Shown here one piece after another: positions 62,304 to 64,000 of a stretch of 64,000 nt of DNA. A program made the translations under genes and the position numbers. The DNA comes from Elusimicrobiota bacterium. Lineage in GTDB: Bacteria > Elusimicrobiota > Elusimicrobia > UBA1565 > UBA9628. The notes beneath the pieces were generated by a model. It was not told the DNA's origin and ran no database searches. It worked only from the letters and a program-made list of their open reading frames with translations. The stretch is from NCBI GenBank assembly GCA_027452025.1, contig DAIDHI010000086.1, positions 15,294-79,293 on the forward strand, given 5' to 3'. Position 1 is the stretch's first letter. Each line of letters opens with the position of its first letter.

Positions 62304-63529
62304 TTGTCCGCGTCGCTCGCCAGTTCGCCCATGTTGAACATCGGCAGGAACATGGCGATGACGATCGAGCCGATGATGACGCCCATGACGACGATGACGA
62401 GCGGCTCGATGAGGGACGTCAGGCCCTTGACCGCGGCGTCGACCTCCATATCGTAGAAGTCGGCGATCTTGTTGAGCATGATGTCCAGGGCCCCCGTTTC
62501 CTCGCCGACGGAGATCATCGAAGTGACCATGTTCGGGAAGAGGCCGGACTTCTTGAGCGGGTCGCTCAAATGGCCGCCCTCTCGGATCGACTCTCGGCAG
62601 GAAAGCACCGCCTCGGACACGACGACGTTGCCCGCCGTCTGCGAGACGGTCTCCAGAGCCTGCATGATCGGGACGCCGGACTTGATGAGCGTGCCCAGCG
62701 TGCGAGTGAACTTCGCCACGGCGACCTTCTTGAGGATTACGCCGAAGATCGGCGCCTTGAGCGTGCGTCCGTCCACCCATTTATGCCCGTAGGGAGTCTT
62801 GTAGAACCTCTTGAAGGCGTAAAAGATGCCGACCGGGATGGACCCGAGGATCAGGAAATGCGCCTTCATGAAGTCCGACAGGTCGAGCAGCATTTGCGTC
62901 GGCATGGGCAGTTGGGCGCCGAAGCCGGCGAAGATCGTCTTGAAAGTCGGGATGACGAAGGTGAGCAGAAAGACGGTGACGAGGGCGCAGATCGACAACA
63001 CGATCGCCGGATACATCAGAGCCGACTTGACCTTGGCCTTGAGAGCCTCCGAGGCCTCGAGGTAGCCCGTGACGCGCTCCAGGATCGTGTCCAGGATGCC
63101 GCCCAATTCTCCGGCCTTGATCATGGACGTGTAGAGATCCGGGAAGGAGTCCGGATGCTTCTTGAGCGCGTCGGAGATCGAGAGCCCGCCCTCGATGTCT
63201 CCGCGCACCAAGCCCAGCACCTCCTTGAACCTCGGGTTCTCCGTCTGCGACTCGAGGATCGCCAGGCCCTGGACGATAGGGACGCCGGCGCTGACCAGCG
63301 TCGAAAGCTGGCGGGAAAAGAGCACCAGGTCCTGGGAGGTGACCTTGCCCTTGGGCTTGAGCAGCCCCTTGATCGCATCGAGCGGCCCCGCTTTCTTTTC
63401 CCCGATCTCGAGGATGACGAGCTTCTGCTGCCGCAGGCGGTCGATGGCGGCGCGCTGCTCCTCGGCCTCGATGACGCCCTGAAGGACGTTCCCGTCGACT
63501 CCCTTGGCTTTGTAGGCGAATGACGGCAT
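62300..63529 (-). CDS. pilC: Type IV pilus / type II secretion inner-membrane platform protein (PilC/GspF)
   Basis: 409 aa with two GspF repeats (LSTLVSAGVPIVQGLAIL... and TLGTLIKSGVPIMQALETV...) and three TM segments. Confidence 0.9.
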   Translation of the reverse strand: MPSFAYKAKGVDGNVLQGVIEAEEQRAAIDRLRQQKLVILEIGEKKAGPLDAIKGLLKPKGKVTSQDLVLFSRQLSTLVSAGVPIVQGLAILESQTENPRFKEVLGLVRGDIEGGLSISDALKKHPDSFPDLYTSMIKAGELGGILDTILERVTGYLEASEALKAKVKSALMYPAIVLSICALVTVFLLTFVIPTFKTIFAGFGAQLPMPTQMLLDLSDFMKAHFLILGSIPVGIFYAFKRFYKTPYGHKWVDGRTLKAPIFGVILKKVAVAKFTRTLGTLIKSGVPIMQALETVSQTAGNVVVSEAVLSCRESIREGGHLSDPLKKSGLFPNMVTSMISVGEETGALDIMLNKIADFYDMEVDAAVKGLTSLIEPLVIVVMGVIIGSIVIAMFLPMFNMGELASDADK

Positions 63530-63544
63530 GGTTTTCTCCGATGG

Positions 63545-64000
63545 TTAAGCCGGCGTCATCGAGCGCTGCAAAAGCCTCCGAAGGTCCTCGGAATCCAGCG
63601 AATGCGCCGCGACCTCTTGGAACGTGACCCTTTGCTTGCGGTAGAGATCGGCCAGAGACTGGTTCATCGTCTGCATGCCGACTTTGCCTCCGGTCTGGAT
63701 GGCGAGCTGGATCTGCTCGACCTTCTGCTCGCGGATGAGGTTGCGGATGGCGGAGGTCACCATCAAGACCTCGCTGGCCAGCACCCGGCCCGTGCCCGAG
63801 GCATGGGACAACAGCTGCTGGCAGATCACGGCCTGAAGGACGAAGGAAAGCTGGACGCGCACCTGCTCGATCTGGTGCTGCGGGAAGACATCGATGAGAC
63901 GGTTGATCGTCTGGGCGCAGTCGTTGGTGTGCAAGGTGGCGAAGACGAGGTGGCCCGTCTCCGCGATCGTGAGCGCCGCGGCGATCGTCTCCAGGTCGCG
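63545..64000 (-). CDS. pilT: Twitching-motility ATPase PilT, 3' part (gene continues right of window)
   Basis: Minus-strand frame open to the window edge; ...TINRLIDVFP...ICQQLL...TGGKVGMQTMNQSLADLYRKQ matches the PilT/PilU C-terminal region. Confidence 0.85.
   Translation of the reverse strand, partial: RDLETIAAALTIAETGHLVFATLHTNDCAQTINRLIDVFPQHQIEQVRVQLSFVLQAVICQQLLSHASGTGRVLASEVLMVTSAIRNLIREQKVEQIQLAIQTGGKVGMQTMNQSLADLYRKQRVTFQEVAAHSLDSEDLRRLLQRSMTPA

Noticed and set aside
1-64000. CRISPR arrays, IS elements, rRNA genes, obvious restriction-modification or other known defence operons
   Set aside because: No regularly spaced direct repeats, transposase-like ORFs, rRNA-like segments, or helicase/nuclease/reverse-transcriptase signatures were recognised in any frame during manual reading.

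Overview
64-kb window from a ~70% GC Gram-negative bacterium; LptE, an O-antigen ligase, pseudopilins and PilC/PilT are all present. Most of the window is core genome in conserved syntenic blocks:
- rpsI-rplM
- rplU-rpmA-obg, immediately followed by the hpnCDE squalene genes
- tmk-holB-metG
- pssA-psd plus tRNA-Leu(UAA)
- phoH-ybeY
- leuS-lptE-holA
- rpsT

Accessory islands sit between these blocks. All calls below come from reading the six-frame translations against remembered family motifs; no searches were run.

1. **Microcompartment locus (1..2553, minus strand).** Gene order is tpiA -> pduL -> BMC-H shell -> BMC-P vertex -> CoA-acylating aldehyde dehydrogenase, the last running off the window edge. 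This matches a metabolosome core; the dedicated, translationally coupled triosephosphate isomerase suggests a sugar-phosphate (SPU-like, deoxyribose-phosphate) type. Next to it are a secreted 5'-nucleotidase and a class B acid phosphatase.
2. **Pilin operon (23332..27847).** Starts with a 904-aa prepilin-type protein carrying several carboxypeptidase-regulatory-like beta-sandwich domains, followed by a minor pseudopilin and a GspK/PilX-like protein with a Cys-rich insert. PilC/PilT and a small secreted protein sit 35 kb away at 61.8-64 kb.
3. **Secreted peptidase pair (10424..12639).** A 537-aa secreted protein with a C-terminal C39-like papain-fold peptidase domain is translationally coupled (GTGA) to a lipoprotein.
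4. **Tandem duplications.** Two LptE-like lipoproteins sit after leuS, and two ~210-aa secreted beta-barrel-like paralogs sit beside tRNA-Leu.
5. **UvrC-like/methyltransferase pair (59642..61692).** A UvrC-like protein lacking the C-terminal (HhH)2 domain is translationally coupled to a class I SAM methyltransferase.

dNTP-metabolism genes (dcd, nrdJ, tmk, thyX) and a glycogen cluster (glgC, GH57, a clan-A glycoside hydrolase) are also present. Many long alternative-frame ORFs in the track are high-GC artefacts. Start codons are often GTG/TTG, and 4-nt overlaps between adjacent genes are common.
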